In this document: positions 1 through 9,669 of the stretch, piece by piece | How the letters are laid out: every line of letters begins with the position of its first letter | Position numbering within the stretch: position 1 is the first letter of the stretch | Origin: Burkholderiales bacterium | GTDB lineage: Bacteria; Pseudomonadota; Gammaproteobacteria; Burkholderiales; JALYOK01 | Direction of reading: 5' to 3' | Assembly: GCA_046598945.1 (NCBI GenBank) | Contig: JBKJHT010000100.1 | Span: 1-61,944, forward strand | Length of the DNA: 61,944 nucleotides | Translations under genes and position numbers: made by a program | The notes under the pieces: model-generated | What the model was told of the DNA's origin: nothing | The model's database searches: none | What the model saw: the letters and a program-made list of their open reading frames with translations, nothing else

Positions 1-422
1 CCGGCCGCGACCACATCGTCAGAAAGTTTCAGTGCAGGTAGGGTTGCGAGTTCTAGGGCAAGCAATCCCGGCGGCGGATTCCTGACTACCAGCACGGCCA
101 AGCCGCGCGGGTCTGCACCACGCATGCGTTTTACCTGCGCGGGGAAGCTTGCGTCGCCCCGCACTGAAAATTCGACATTCAATTGGATGTCCTGACCCTC
201 GACCACGTGGGAAACCGTGACGATCATAGCCGCATCAGGGTAGAGCTCCATAATGAAACCGTTGCCGCGGTTTGTCTTGGTCTGACCGTCAGACACTTCG
301 GTCGCGATAACTTTGACTACGCCTTTCTTTAACTCTTCTATGTCTTGCGCGATCGCCAATCGCACCGATGCCATGCTGCAGAAAAGCAAAATCAAATGAA
401 CACTAATGGTACGACGGGGCAT
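1..422 (-). CDS. Secreted trypsin-like serine protease domain protein, partial (runs off the left edge; not in ORF track)
   Basis: Manual translation from ATG at 422: MPRRTISVHLILLFCSMASVRLAIAQDIEELKKGVVKVIA...GNGFI...IVTVSHVVEG...ADPRGLAVLVV, open to the window edge. It has a signal peptide and the Trypsin_2-like GVVKV/GxGF/TxxHVV pattern. Confidence 0.75.
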   Translation of the reverse strand, partial: MPRRTISVHLILLFCSMASVRLAIAQDIEELKKGVVKVIATEVSDGQTKTNRGNGFIMELYPDAAMIVTVSHVVEGQDIQLNVEFSVRGDASFPAQVKRMRGADPRGLAVLVVRNPPPGLLALELATLPALKLSDDVVAA

Positions 423-611
423 AGGTATCGCGAGTAGGCTTCAAGGCTGGCGACGAGTATTAATTCTAACGCTCAATGTTTCCAGAAGCCAATCTAAGGT
501 AAGCCGGCGAGTCGTAAGTTGTAATGGCGGAACGAAACACTCGAGCAAATCGGACGTTATTGTCACGCCAAACGGACGCTGTTACACCTTCGGCGCCGCG
601 CAGGGAAAAGT

Positions 612-1829
612 TCACACTATTTTAACTACGCCATCCGCATTGAGTTGTTGGATGCGCTCCTCGGCGTAGCCAAGGATTTCCGCGAGTACGTGCTGGGTAT
701 GCTCGCCGACATGGCGCGGCGCTGAATTGCGCGGTACCGTTGCTGCGCCATCGAACTGAAATGGTGTGGCCGTGACGCGGACTTTCTTGCCGCCCTGATA
801 ATCCACACCGGGAAACGCCCCGCGCTGAATCAACTGCGGGTGCAGAATGACTTCATGCGGCGTGAGCACCGGTACGGCGGGAATGCGCGCGCTGGCCAGC
901 GCAGCGGTTGCCGCGCTGACGTTGGCGAAGCGATCGAGCCGTTGCCGGATCAAATCGGATAGCACCAGCCAATTTTTTCGCCGTGTCGCCGCGCTGGCGA
1001 AACGCTCGTCGCTATTTAATTCGGGTTGTTCTAGGAACTCGACGATGCGCAGCCACAGATGTGGCGCGCCGACCGCTTGCAGCGCGACATAGCCGTCGCC
1101 GACGCGATGCACGATCATGCCGTAACGCGGGCCTTGCTCGATCGGGCCACCGTTGAGAATGCTGCCGAAGGTAACGTCTTCCGCGGCGATCAAACATTCC
1201 AACATGGACACGTCGATGTAGGCGCCGCGGCCGCTGCGTAGTTTGCGAATCAGCGCGGCGTTGATGGCGCCGAAGGCATGCGTCCCGGCGAGGCCGTCCG
1301 CTGCTTGCAGATAATTCACGCGCGGAACCGGGTCAACGCCGCGATCCAATTCCATCAAGCCGGAGATGGCATTGATCAAATGCGCGTAGGCTTGCATCGA
1401 GCTCAGCGGCCCGGTTTGACCGAAACCGGAGATGGAGCAGTAAACAATATCGGGTTTGATGGCGGATAATTTCGTATAGTCGAAACCTAAACGCTGCATC
1501 ACGCCCGGCGAAAAATTTTCTACCACGACATCGGATTTGCGCAGCAAATCGAACACGATCTCTTTTGCGTTGACGTGCGCGAGATCGATGGCGACGCTCA
1601 ACTTGCCCGCGTTCACGCGGACAAAATAAGTGCTCTGATCGATTCGCTCGGGGTCGAGTTGATGCGGCGCGAAGCGAATTTCGTCGCCTTCGCCGGGCCG
1701 CTCGATTTTGATCACTTGCGCGCCGAGGTCGGCGAGCATGCGTGTGCAGTAGGGCCCCGCAAGGACGCGGGTGAAATCGAGGACGGTGAAGCCGGTCAGA
1801 GGAAGGTCGTCGGATGGGGTGAGGGTCAT
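612..1829 (-). CDS. CaiB/BaiF family (class III) CoA transferase
   Basis: PLTGFTVLDFTRVLAGPYCTRMLADLGAQVIKIE, VVVENFSPG and ISGFGQTGP motifs; catalytic-region Asp in QAADGLAG. Confidence 0.92.
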   Translation of the reverse strand: MTLTPSDDLPLTGFTVLDFTRVLAGPYCTRMLADLGAQVIKIERPGEGDEIRFAPHQLDPERIDQSTYFVRVNAGKLSVAIDLAHVNAKEIVFDLLRKSDVVVENFSPGVMQRLGFDYTKLSAIKPDIVYCSISGFGQTGPLSSMQAYAHLINAISGLMELDRGVDPVPRVNYLQAADGLAGTHAFGAINAALIRKLRSGRGAYIDVSMLECLIAAEDVTFGSILNGGPIEQGPRYGMIVHRVGDGYVALQAVGAPHLWLRIVEFLEQPELNSDERFASAATRRKNWLVLSDLIRQRLDRFANVSAATAALASARIPAVPVLTPHEVILHPQLIQRGAFPGVDYQGGKKVRVTATPFQFDGAATVPRNSAPRHVGEHTQHVLAEILGYAEERIQQLNADGVVKIV

Positions 1830-1865
1830 AATTATTGTGTTGAGGAATTTTTCAGAGGCATCGCC

Positions 1866-1930
1866 AGGAGCCTTATCCAGCTTGCCTTGCAGGCGTGCAT
1901 GGCCTGCAAGGCAAGCTGGATAAGGCTCCT
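1866..1930. repeat. Perfect 29-bp inverted repeat with a 7-nt loop, between co-directional genes
   Basis: AGGAGCCTTATCCAGCTTGCCTTGCAGGC (1866-1894) is the exact reverse complement of 1902-1930; loop GTGCATG. Confidence 0.9.
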
Positions 1931-1936
1931 AGGCAA

Positions 1937-2755
1937 TCAGTCCAAAAATAAATCGGTCATCAATGGTTCGCCCGGCGTGACGGCGTAACGATCAAAATCG
2001 CTGACGCCTTCGGCGCGCAACAGCGCTTCGTCGATGAAGAAATTTCCGCTGCAACTGCCGCTCGGCCGGGTGAGGATGACGTAGGCAGCGTCCGACATGA
2101 TGTCCGGGGTGCGGCTGGATTTGAGCGCTCCGGCAAAAAACGTTTCCACCGCGGCGGTCGCGATGGTGGTGCGTGGCCAGAGCGAATTCGCGGCGATGCC
2201 CAGCTCGGCTAACTCCGCCGCGAGGCCCATGGTCACCATGCTCATGGCGTATTTGGAAATGGTGTACGCGGTGTGCTGCTTAAACCATTTCGGCTTGATA
2301 TTGATCGGCGGCGAGAGCGTGAGGATGTGCGGATTGGCGGCGTTTTTCAGGTGCGGGATGCAGGCGTAGGCGCAGGCATAGCTGCCGCGCGCGTTGATGT
2401 TGAGCATCAAGTCGAAGCGCTTCGGCGGCGTGGTTTGCGTGTTGCTCAGGCTGATGGCGCTGGCGTTGTTGACTAAGATGTCGATGCCGCCGAAGGTTTC
2501 GACGGCTTTATTGACCGCGTCAAAAATCTGCGTTTCTTCGCGCACGTCGACTTGCAGCGGCAGGGCTTTGCCACCGGCCGCTTCAATTTCCGCAGCGACC
2601 GTATGAATCGTACCGCTGAGCTTGGGATGGGGATCGCTGGTCTTCGCCGCGAGCACGATGTTGGCGCCGTCCTGCGCCGCGCGCAGGGCGATGGCGCGAC
2701 CGATGCCGCGCGAAGCGCCGGTGATGAATAGAGTTTTACCTTTCAGATCGGCCAT
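1937..2755 (-). CDS. Short-chain dehydrogenase/reductase, HSDL2-like
   Basis: TGASRGIG nucleotide-binding motif, NNASAI, YTISK (YxxxK), and LWPRTTIATAA typical of HSDL2-like SDRs. Confidence 0.9.
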   Translation of the reverse strand: MADLKGKTLFITGASRGIGRAIALRAAQDGANIVLAAKTSDPHPKLSGTIHTVAAEIEAAGGKALPLQVDVREETQIFDAVNKAVETFGGIDILVNNASAISLSNTQTTPPKRFDLMLNINARGSYACAYACIPHLKNAANPHILTLSPPINIKPKWFKQHTAYTISKYAMSMVTMGLAAELAELGIAANSLWPRTTIATAAVETFFAGALKSSRTPDIMSDAAYVILTRPSGSCSGNFFIDEALLRAEGVSDFDRYAVTPGEPLMTDLFLD

Positions 2756-2758
2756 CGG

Positions 2759-3544
2759 TTATTTTCCCGTGAAGTTGGGTTTGCGTTTTTTGACGAAGGC
2801 CATGATGCCTTCGCGCAGGTCGCCGGTGCGCGCGCAATCGGCGAAGGCATGAACCTCGGCTTCCAGTTGCGCCTCGATGCTCATATCGAGGGATTGATTC
2901 ATCAACGCTTTAGTTTTGGCGAAGGCGACGGTCGGGCCGGTGGCCAGGCGCTTGGCCAAGGTCGCCACGCGCGCTTCTAATTCGGCGCCCGGCACAACCC
3001 AGTTGACCAGGCCGATGTTGAGCGCCGTAGCGGCGTCGAAACGATCCGGCAGCATGGCCAGTTCCAGCGCTTTGCGGTAGCCGAGCAAGCGCGGCAAGAA
3101 ATAACTCGAGCCGCCGTCGGGGCTGGCGCCGAGGTTGCTGTAGGCGAGGGTGAACATGGCATTGTCCGCGGCGATGGCAAGATCGCACGCCGCCATTATG
3201 CTCACGCCGGCGCCCGCACAGGGGCCTTCGACCACAGCCAACACGGGCTTCGCCATGCGCCGCAGCGCGAGAATGGTGTAGTGAAACTCGCGCGCTTCTT
3301 TGGTGATGAGTAGCGGCAGCGAGTCGATATTTTCATGAAACTGCGAAATATCGCCGCCCGCCATGAACGCGCCGCCGGCGCCACGAATGACCACGGCTCG
3401 CACGTCATCATTCTCGAGAATGGCTTCGGTATTGGTTTTCAGCGCCAGCATCAAATCGTAGTCCATGGCGTTACGGACTTGCGGGCGGTTGAAGGTGAGG
3501 GTGGCGACATGGTCGCGGATATCGACGAGTAGGGTGTTATTCAC
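2759..3544 (-). CDS. Enoyl-CoA hydratase/isomerase (crotonase superfamily, PaaG-like)
   Basis: ATLTFNRPQVRNA, AFMAGGDI, GPCAGAG, LGASPDGGSS and C-terminal FVKKRKPNF. Confidence 0.9.
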   Translation of the reverse strand: MNNTLLVDIRDHVATLTFNRPQVRNAMDYDLMLALKTNTEAILENDDVRAVVIRGAGGAFMAGGDISQFHENIDSLPLLITKEAREFHYTILALRRMAKPVLAVVEGPCAGAGVSIMAACDLAIAADNAMFTLAYSNLGASPDGGSSYFLPRLLGYRKALELAMLPDRFDAATALNIGLVNWVVPGAELEARVATLAKRLATGPTVAFAKTKALMNQSLDMSIEAQLEAEVHAFADCARTGDLREGIMAFVKKRKPNFTGK

Positions 3545-3566
3545 GGAGCACCTGGTTAAAAAAATC

Positions 3567-4811
3567 CTACGGAATTATCCCACGGAGCGCCACGGACGAA
3601 CGGATATTTTGCCGCCATGTGTCCAGGCGCAGGTAAAACACGATGCCCGCCATTAGGCAAACTGCGCCGGCCAGCAAGAAGGTATTCGGCACGCCGATGA
3701 GGTGCGCCAACTGCCCGAGCGCGAGGCTACCCAACGGCGCGGTGCCGACGAAGCACATGGTGTAAAAACTCATGACGCGGCCGCGTTTGTCGTCATCGAC
3801 GATGGATTGCAAAATCGTGTTGATCGATGCGGCGTGGCAGATAATGCCAAAACCGATAAACACCATGAGCACGTGGGAGAGCCACAGGATGCGCGATTGC
3901 GAAAACAACATCAGCGCCGCACCACAGATCATGGGCGCGATAGCGATCACCGATGCCAGCCCCTTAACGCTGCGCCGCGAGGCGAGATAGAGCGTGGCGA
4001 TGATCGCGCCAAAACCGGCGCTGCCAACTAACGTACCGAAGGTGCGCGCCGTGCCGCCGAACACATCACCGGCGAACAGCGGCATCATGACGGTGTAGGG
4101 CATCGCCATGAAGCTGATGATGCTGAGTTGCAACAACAAGGTGCGGATTGGCATGTAGCCAAACGTGTAGTGAAATCCATCGCGCAGATCGCGCCAGGCG
4201 CTGTGCGTGTTGCGCACCACGCCGCTGTATTGAATGCGCGTTGAGCCTAGCGCGATGAGGATCGCGAGGAAGCTGAAGCCGTTGAGCAGAAAACACCAGG
4301 CTTCACCCAACCCCACGACTAAAAATCCCCCGAGCGCCGGTCCGACCAGGCGTGTGGTGTTCATGGTGAGTGAGTTCAGCGCAATGGCATTCGGCAAGTC
4401 TTGCTTATCGCCGATCATCTGCACGATGAACGACTGCCGTCCCGGCACGTCGAAAGCGTTGACAATGCCGAGCAGCCCGGCAAGGAGGATCACGTGCCAC
4501 ACTTGAAGAAGGCCCGAAAAGGCGAGCATGGCCAGGGCGAAAGCCTGGATCATGGCTAGGCTTTGGGTGATGAGCAGTAACCGGCGGCGATTGACGCGAT
4601 CGGCGACCAAACCCGCGACCGGTCCAAGAAACAATATGGGAATTTGGTTGATAAAGCCGGTTAAGCCCAGCAGCAGCGGCGATCCGGTCATGCGGTAAAC
4701 CAGCCAGTTCATAGCGACGAACTGAATCCAGGTGCCCAGTAGCGAACCGATTTGGCCGATAAAATAGATGCGGTAATTGCGATGGCGCAGGGCGCGGAAA
4801 CGATATGGCAA
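3567..4811 (-). CDS. MFS transporter (DHA3/MFS_3-like)
   Basis: FRALRHRNYR N-terminus, MFS motif A (GLVADRVNRRR), about 12 hydrophobic segments, RGRVMS; TTG start. Confidence 0.9.
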   Translation of the reverse strand: MPYRFRALRHRNYRIYFIGQIGSLLGTWIQFVAMNWLVYRMTGSPLLLGLTGFINQIPILFLGPVAGLVADRVNRRRLLLITQSLAMIQAFALAMLAFSGLLQVWHVILLAGLLGIVNAFDVPGRQSFIVQMIGDKQDLPNAIALNSLTMNTTRLVGPALGGFLVVGLGEAWCFLLNGFSFLAILIALGSTRIQYSGVVRNTHSAWRDLRDGFHYTFGYMPIRTLLLQLSIISFMAMPYTVMMPLFAGDVFGGTARTFGTLVGSAGFGAIIATLYLASRRSVKGLASVIAIAPMICGAALMLFSQSRILWLSHVLMVFIGFGIICHAASINTILQSIVDDDKRGRVMSFYTMCFVGTAPLGSLALGQLAHLIGVPNTFLLAGAVCLMAGIVFYLRLDTWRQNIRSSVALRGIIP

Positions 4812-5039
4812 GCGTGTCTTAGAGGGCGGTTGGGCGGTTGTGGTTGTTTTCGGCTCCCGGACTCAACTTGCGCGGTGGGAGAAAAACGCTAACATAATGA
4901 ATGTTTACGCGATAAAATACGTCTAAGAAGTGATTAAATTACCGGGGGTTGCGATGTTTCTGTATTTTACCATCCCTCGATTTGAATTCCTCGTTATTAC
5001 TGTCGCAGAACTCAATGATGCCTTACGGCTTTAGCTGCA

Positions 5040-5819
5040 ATGAAGTGTGAACGGTGCAACAGCACCAACGTGCGCCGCTCATCGTGGAAACGCAATGAGA
5101 CCGAACGCGATCATTTTGTTTACTCGCCCTATCGCTGTCGCGATTGCGAATACCGATTTTTCCGCGTCAGCGGTACCTTTAAGGGAACGTTGATCAGCGG
5201 CTTCGGCGTGCTGGCCGTACTTGGTTTTATCGCAAGCATGTATTTCATTTCCGAGCCGCCGGTCATCGAGTCGGCGTTGGCCGACGCAGAAACGTTCGAT
5301 CCCGGCCGCAAAGCCTTGTTGGATCGCGCAAAAAAGGGCAGTGCGGAGGATCAATACGCCTTGGGCTTAATGTCGCTGCAAGGTGATGGCATCCAGCAAA
5401 GTTACGGCGACGCCATCAAGTGGTTTCACGCCGCCGCGGCTCAGGGGCACACCGGCGCCGAAGTAAATCTCGGCTTGCTATACAAGAGCGGCCGTGGCGT
5501 CCTGCAAGATTACAACAGCGCCGCCCAGTGGTTACAAAAGGCCGCGGCGAAAGGCAATCCCGAAGCCGAATATCACCTGGCTTCGTTGTATAAAATTGGC
5601 CAAGGTGTGAAGCACGATATGAAACAAGCCTATGCCTGGTACAATCGCTCCGCCGCACACGGCTATGAACCGGCTGTCGCCGGCAGAGACAATATTTCAA
5701 CCTTCATGAATGCTGCGGAGGTCGCGGAGGCGCAAGCGCTGTCGCGCACCCTCTTGGAGTCAAAAGCGGCCGCCACACCGCCCCCGGCGGTATCCAGCGG
5801 CGCATTGGATCCCAAGTAA
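5040..5819 (+). CDS. Membrane-anchored Sel1-repeat protein with an N-terminal CxxC...CxxC zinc ribbon
   Basis: CERC...CRDC, one TM helix, then about three SLRs (DQYALGLM...A.KWF..AAAQG; AEVNLGLLY..G.GV; AEYHLASLY..G.GV). Confidence 0.85.
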   Translation: MKCERCNSTNVRRSSWKRNETERDHFVYSPYRCRDCEYRFFRVSGTFKGTLISGFGVLAVLGFIASMYFISEPPVIESALADAETFDPGRKALLDRAKKGSAEDQYALGLMSLQGDGIQQSYGDAIKWFHAAAAQGHTGAEVNLGLLYKSGRGVLQDYNSAAQWLQKAAAKGNPEAEYHLASLYKIGQGVKHDMKQAYAWYNRSAAHGYEPAVAGRDNISTFMNAAEVAEAQALSRTLLESKAAATPPPAVSSGALDPK

Positions 5820-5902
5820 TTTTTCTAAAATTTGCTCGAACCTTTGAGTTAGGGTAGTGTTGCCTTTTATACAATAACAACCCCCTTTTTTGGGAGCGCG
5901 CA

Positions 5903-8536
5903 ATGTTACGTAAATCCTTATCGCTGCTCGTCGTTTCTCTTATTCTGGTCGCCTGTGGTGGCGGCGGTGGTGGAGGGGGCGGCGGTGGAGACGCAACCGC
6001 ATGCGGCGCTTCGGCCGCGCCGAGCGGAACAGGGGGCGTCGGCTCCGGCGGACCCAGCGGATCATTCCAGATCTCCGGCAAATTAAACGTCGAAGTCAGC
6101 AATAAGCTTGAGGCCGAATGTAACAACACGCTCGCCACCGCGGCGGCAATGGCGCCCGGCGACTCCTTCTCGGCCCAGGCAATCAGCACCAACGCCGGTT
6201 ACAAAGGCATCACGGCGCGTAGCAGCGTAGTTGTTCACGATCTTTATCGGCTCACGGTCGGCGCGGAAAACGTGCGTGTGACGCTGAGTTTTTCCGCCAA
6301 CAATTTAACTGCAAACGATCTGGATTTATTCCTCTTGGATAGTTCGGGAACGGTTGTTACGGCCTCTTCGGAGGGCACGGACCAAGCCGTCGAAACCGTT
6401 ACCACACCCGGCCCCGGCACTTACATTGTCGGTGTGCGCGCGTTCGCGGGCGGGTCGGTTTACCTGGTTGTGGCGGGAACGACGACCGTGACCACGGCAT
6501 TGGATCGGGCAACGATATTGCCGGGCGATGAATTCGTTCCCGGTGAAGTGTTCGTCAAATATAGAGACGGTCAATCCATTCAGTCATTGGCAAGCAGGCA
6601 CGGCTTGGCGGCCGTCGGCGATATGGGCGGCGGTGTTCAATTGATGCGAGTGGCTAAACCCTTCCGCGTCGAAAAGGCCATCGTGGCTATTAGCGATAAG
6701 ATCAATGCGCTGGGACACGAGGCCAATGAAGCGGTCGGCGCCACCATCGAGGCCTTGCTCAATCTCAAGCGCGATCCGAACGTGATCTACGCCGAGCCGA
6801 ACTATATTCGCCATGCGAGTTTCATACCCAATGATCCGTTTTACCGGTACCAGTGGCATTACCCGGCTATCAACTTAGAGTCAGCATGGAACAGCGCGAC
6901 TGGCAGAAATGCCATCGTTGCCGTGATCGATACCGGAATAAAGAAAGCGCATCCCGACCTCGCCGGGCAGCTTGTAGCGGGCTACGACTTCATCAGCGAT
7001 AGCACAAATGCCGGAGATGGCGGTGGCGTCGACAGCGATCCCGAAGATGTCGGCGATGGCGCGCGCCCCGGTGAAAGTTCCTTCCATGGAACCCACGTCG
7101 CGGGTACCGTGGCAGCGGCGACCGATAATGCTATTGGGGTGGCAGGCATTGCCTTCAACGGGAAGATTATGCCGCTGCGGGTCTTGGGTAAGGGTGGTGG
7201 TACCGATGCCGATATCATTCAAGCTATCCGTTTCGCAGCCGGGTTGTCGAATAACTCGGGCGCCTTGCCGGCGAAGAAGGCGGATATCATCAATATGAGT
7301 CTTGGTGGACCACGGTCTAGCACTACGGTCCAAACGGCCGTCGACGCCGCGCGCGCGGCGGGTGTAATCGTGGTCGCGGCGGCTGGAAACGAAAATACCA
7401 GCGCGCCTTCGTTTCCGGCGGCCTACGCGGGAGTGATTTCCGTTTCCGCCGTCGGCTTGGATCTTAAGCGCGCGCCCTATTCGAATTTTGGCTCGACCAT
7501 CGACATCGCCGCACCCGGCGGCGATACCAGCGTCGATCGCAACGGCGATAGTTTCGCCGACGGTGTGCTCAGCACGCTGTTTGACGACACGTCCGTTAAA
7601 TTCAGCTACGTGTTTTATCAGGGCACCTCCATGGCGGCGCCCCATATTGCCGGGGTGCTGGCATTGATGCGCGGCGCTAATCCGGCGTTGACACCTACCG
7701 TGATTGACCAGTTGATCGCGGGCATCCATCCTACTTACAAACAGCGTATAACCTCGGATATCGGTACGGTCGGCCGCGACGATCTTTTCGGCCATGGCCT
7801 AATCGATGCCAAAAAAGCGGTGGATGCGGCGCTGGCGCTCAGCGGGCCGCCCGTTGCCGGTTCCATTCTCGCGATCTCGGTCGAGCGGTTGAGTTTCGAC
7901 AGTTTTACCAACTCGCTACAGTTCAATATAACGAATGGCGGCGATCCGATTGTGCCGTTGAACATCACGTCAGTGACGTCGCCCGATCCATGGATTAGCG
8001 TAACCCCGGCAAGCGGAGGAGCGCCGCAGCAGATTGTCGTCACCATTGACCGGGCACACGCTCAGATTGATGCCGACGGCGCCTATGATGGCCGCATTGA
8101 TATCGTGAGCAATGCGACCATCCTCCCCACCATCAAAACCATCCCGGTCACCGTGGTCGTTAGAACTAACGCTGCGATCGGCGATGCGGGTGAAATTTTT
8201 GTGCTGGTGCTCGATCCCAATACCGGCGCGACGATTAATGACACGAGTTTGCCCGAATCGCAACCATCGCCGAGTAACGGCTATCGCTATGCCATTTCCG
8301 GTATCCCGGCGGGTTTCTACTACGTCTTTGCCGGTACGGATCGCGATAATGACGGCTTTATCTGCGAGATCGAAGATGCCTGCGGCACGTTCGGTGCGTT
8401 GGTGGATTTGAGGGGCGGTGGTCCGCTCACCAATCTGAATTTTAGTGTGAACAACGCGCAGAATCCGCCGCCGCCGAGCGAGGTGCTGTCGCTTCAACGC
8501 GGTGGGCCGACGCAGAAAAAGCGGCTCAAACGCTAA
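5903..8536 (+). CDS. Subtilisin-like (S8) serine protease lipoprotein with PPC-like and Ig/BACON-like domains
   Basis: Lipobox LVAC followed by poly-Gly; catalytic motifs VAVIDTG, HGTHVAG and GTSMAAP; oxyanion AAGNE; PPC-like DLDLFLLD; C-terminal DRDNDG. Confidence 0.93.
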   Translation: MLRKSLSLLVVSLILVACGGGGGGGGGGGDATACGASAAPSGTGGVGSGGPSGSFQISGKLNVEVSNKLEAECNNTLATAAAMAPGDSFSAQAISTNAGYKGITARSSVVVHDLYRLTVGAENVRVTLSFSANNLTANDLDLFLLDSSGTVVTASSEGTDQAVETVTTPGPGTYIVGVRAFAGGSVYLVVAGTTTVTTALDRATILPGDEFVPGEVFVKYRDGQSIQSLASRHGLAAVGDMGGGVQLMRVAKPFRVEKAIVAISDKINALGHEANEAVGATIEALLNLKRDPNVIYAEPNYIRHASFIPNDPFYRYQWHYPAINLESAWNSATGRNAIVAVIDTGIKKAHPDLAGQLVAGYDFISDSTNAGDGGGVDSDPEDVGDGARPGESSFHGTHVAGTVAAATDNAIGVAGIAFNGKIMPLRVLGKGGGTDADIIQAIRFAAGLSNNSGALPAKKADIINMSLGGPRSSTTVQTAVDAARAAGVIVVAAAGNENTSAPSFPAAYAGVISVSAVGLDLKRAPYSNFGSTIDIAAPGGDTSVDRNGDSFADGVLSTLFDDTSVKFSYVFYQGTSMAAPHIAGVLALMRGANPALTPTVIDQLIAGIHPTYKQRITSDIGTVGRDDLFGHGLIDAKKAVDAALALSGPPVAGSILAISVERLSFDSFTNSLQFNITNGGDPIVPLNITSVTSPDPWISVTPASGGAPQQIVVTIDRAHAQIDADGAYDGRIDIVSNATILPTIKTIPVTVVVRTNAAIGDAGEIFVLVLDPNTGATINDTSLPESQPSPSNGYRYAISGIPAGFYYVFAGTDRDNDGFICEIEDACGTFGALVDLRGGGPLTNLNFSVNNAQNPPPPSEVLSLQRGGPTQKKRLKR

Positions 8537-8545
8537 CGGATCGAT

Positions 8546-9058
8546 ATGAAAACACGAGCTATGAACACTGCATCGGCCACCCTGGGAATAACCGCCGTTG
8601 GCATTGTTCTCAGCGCCTGCGCGACGCAGCCGCAGCCGCAGCCGTTCGAAGTCATCAACAGGGGTGTACAGACCGGCATTCGCGCGAACTCTTCCCAGGC
8701 AAACGTGGTGACGGATCGCTTCGAGCTGGACGAGCTATTCAAACAAATTACCTCGCGACAACCTTCCGTATCGGATGCGCCCAACGTGGATTTTGCTAAA
8801 GATATTGTCGTCTATGCGGCGCGCGATCCCAAACCCAGCGGCGGCTATGGGCTGAAGGTGCGCTCAGTGAAGTGTGACGGCGGCGTGATGAAGGTTGACC
8901 TGCAAGAAGTCAATCCGCAGGGCAGCGCCAATCAAACGCAAGTGATTACCCAGCCCTATGTTTTGCTGACTACGCCGCGCTGCCCGAAACTCACCCAAGT
9001 TGAGGTGTCCGGCGCGGATTTTGCCGCGCCACGGCCGATGCGGGTCGCGCCGAAGTGA
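8546..9058 (+). CDS. PrcB C-terminal-domain lipoprotein (protease complex subunit-like)
   Basis: Lipobox LSAC; VDFAKDIVV, KPSGGYGLKV and TQVITQPY match the PrcB_C pattern; starts 9 nt after the S8 gene. Confidence 0.75.
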   Translation: MKTRAMNTASATLGITAVGIVLSACATQPQPQPFEVINRGVQTGIRANSSQANVVTDRFELDELFKQITSRQPSVSDAPNVDFAKDIVVYAARDPKPSGGYGLKVRSVKCDGGVMKVDLQEVNPQGSANQTQVITQPYVLLTTPRCPKLTQVEVSGADFAAPRPMRVAPK

Positions 9059-9063
9059 CCGGG

Positions 9064-9669
9064 TTATTGCCCCACCGCCGCTCTGGCGGCGCTTTCAGAG
9101 AATCCTTGGAAGGGCCCGAGTGGGTTGCGGGTTTCCTCCGCTTCTTGGATGCGCGGCTGGCCACCCGACAGTTTATAGACCACTAAATCGCCTTTCATCA
9201 CGATCAGTCCGGTGAAGCGCCAGCCGGAAATGTCAGTGTGGCGCTTGAAGTTGAGCGCATCGAGCCAAAAATTCCCGTTGCGCTTTTTCTGCAGTGTCTT
9301 CACGTCGATTTCATAGGCGCTGCAATCGTTTTTCGCGGCGATGCATTCGCTGATACCGCGATCCAGGTTTTCCGAGGCGACGGCGGAGCTCGGAATGAAG
9401 CGGCGAATGACGTCGGAATAATTCAAGATGGTAATGTTCGGATTGCTCACCGGATCCATGCCGAGCGCGAGCAATTGCGACTTGTCCGTTTCGTAGGGTT
9501 TAATGCGATTGAAGTTCTGTGTTGCAGTATCGAAGTTCGCCCATTGCGACTTGGCGCCGCTTTCGGAACGAGGCAACAATGCCTTACAGCTACTCAGCAG
9601 AATGAGCGCAAGGATTAGACTTACAGTCTGCCGCAAGGCAAGCCGCGGGGCGAGGGTAGACCGAATCAT
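9064..9669 (-). CDS. Hypothetical lipoprotein
   Basis: 201-aa ORF with lipobox LSSC and a protein-like composition; no function recognised. Confidence 0.7.
   Translation of the reverse strand: MIRSTLAPRLALRQTVSLILALILLSSCKALLPRSESGAKSQWANFDTATQNFNRIKPYETDKSQLLALGMDPVSNPNITILNYSDVIRRFIPSSAVASENLDRGISECIAAKNDCSAYEIDVKTLQKKRNGNFWLDALNFKRHTDISGWRFTGLIVMKGDLVVYKLSGGQPRIQEAEETRNPLGPFQGFSESAARAAVGQ

Noticed and set aside
406-669. 87-aa plus-strand ORF
   Set aside because: Overlaps the trypsin-like start and the CoA transferase end on the opposite strand; no motif or RBS.
5956-5990. GGN-rich run resembling a microsatellite or phase-variation tract
   Set aside because: In-frame poly-Gly linker with mixed codons after the lipoprotein Cys; not a pure repeat.
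6881-7795. 304-aa antisense ORF inside the S8 gene
   Set aside because: Shadow ORF of GC-rich coding sequence with no recognisable domain.
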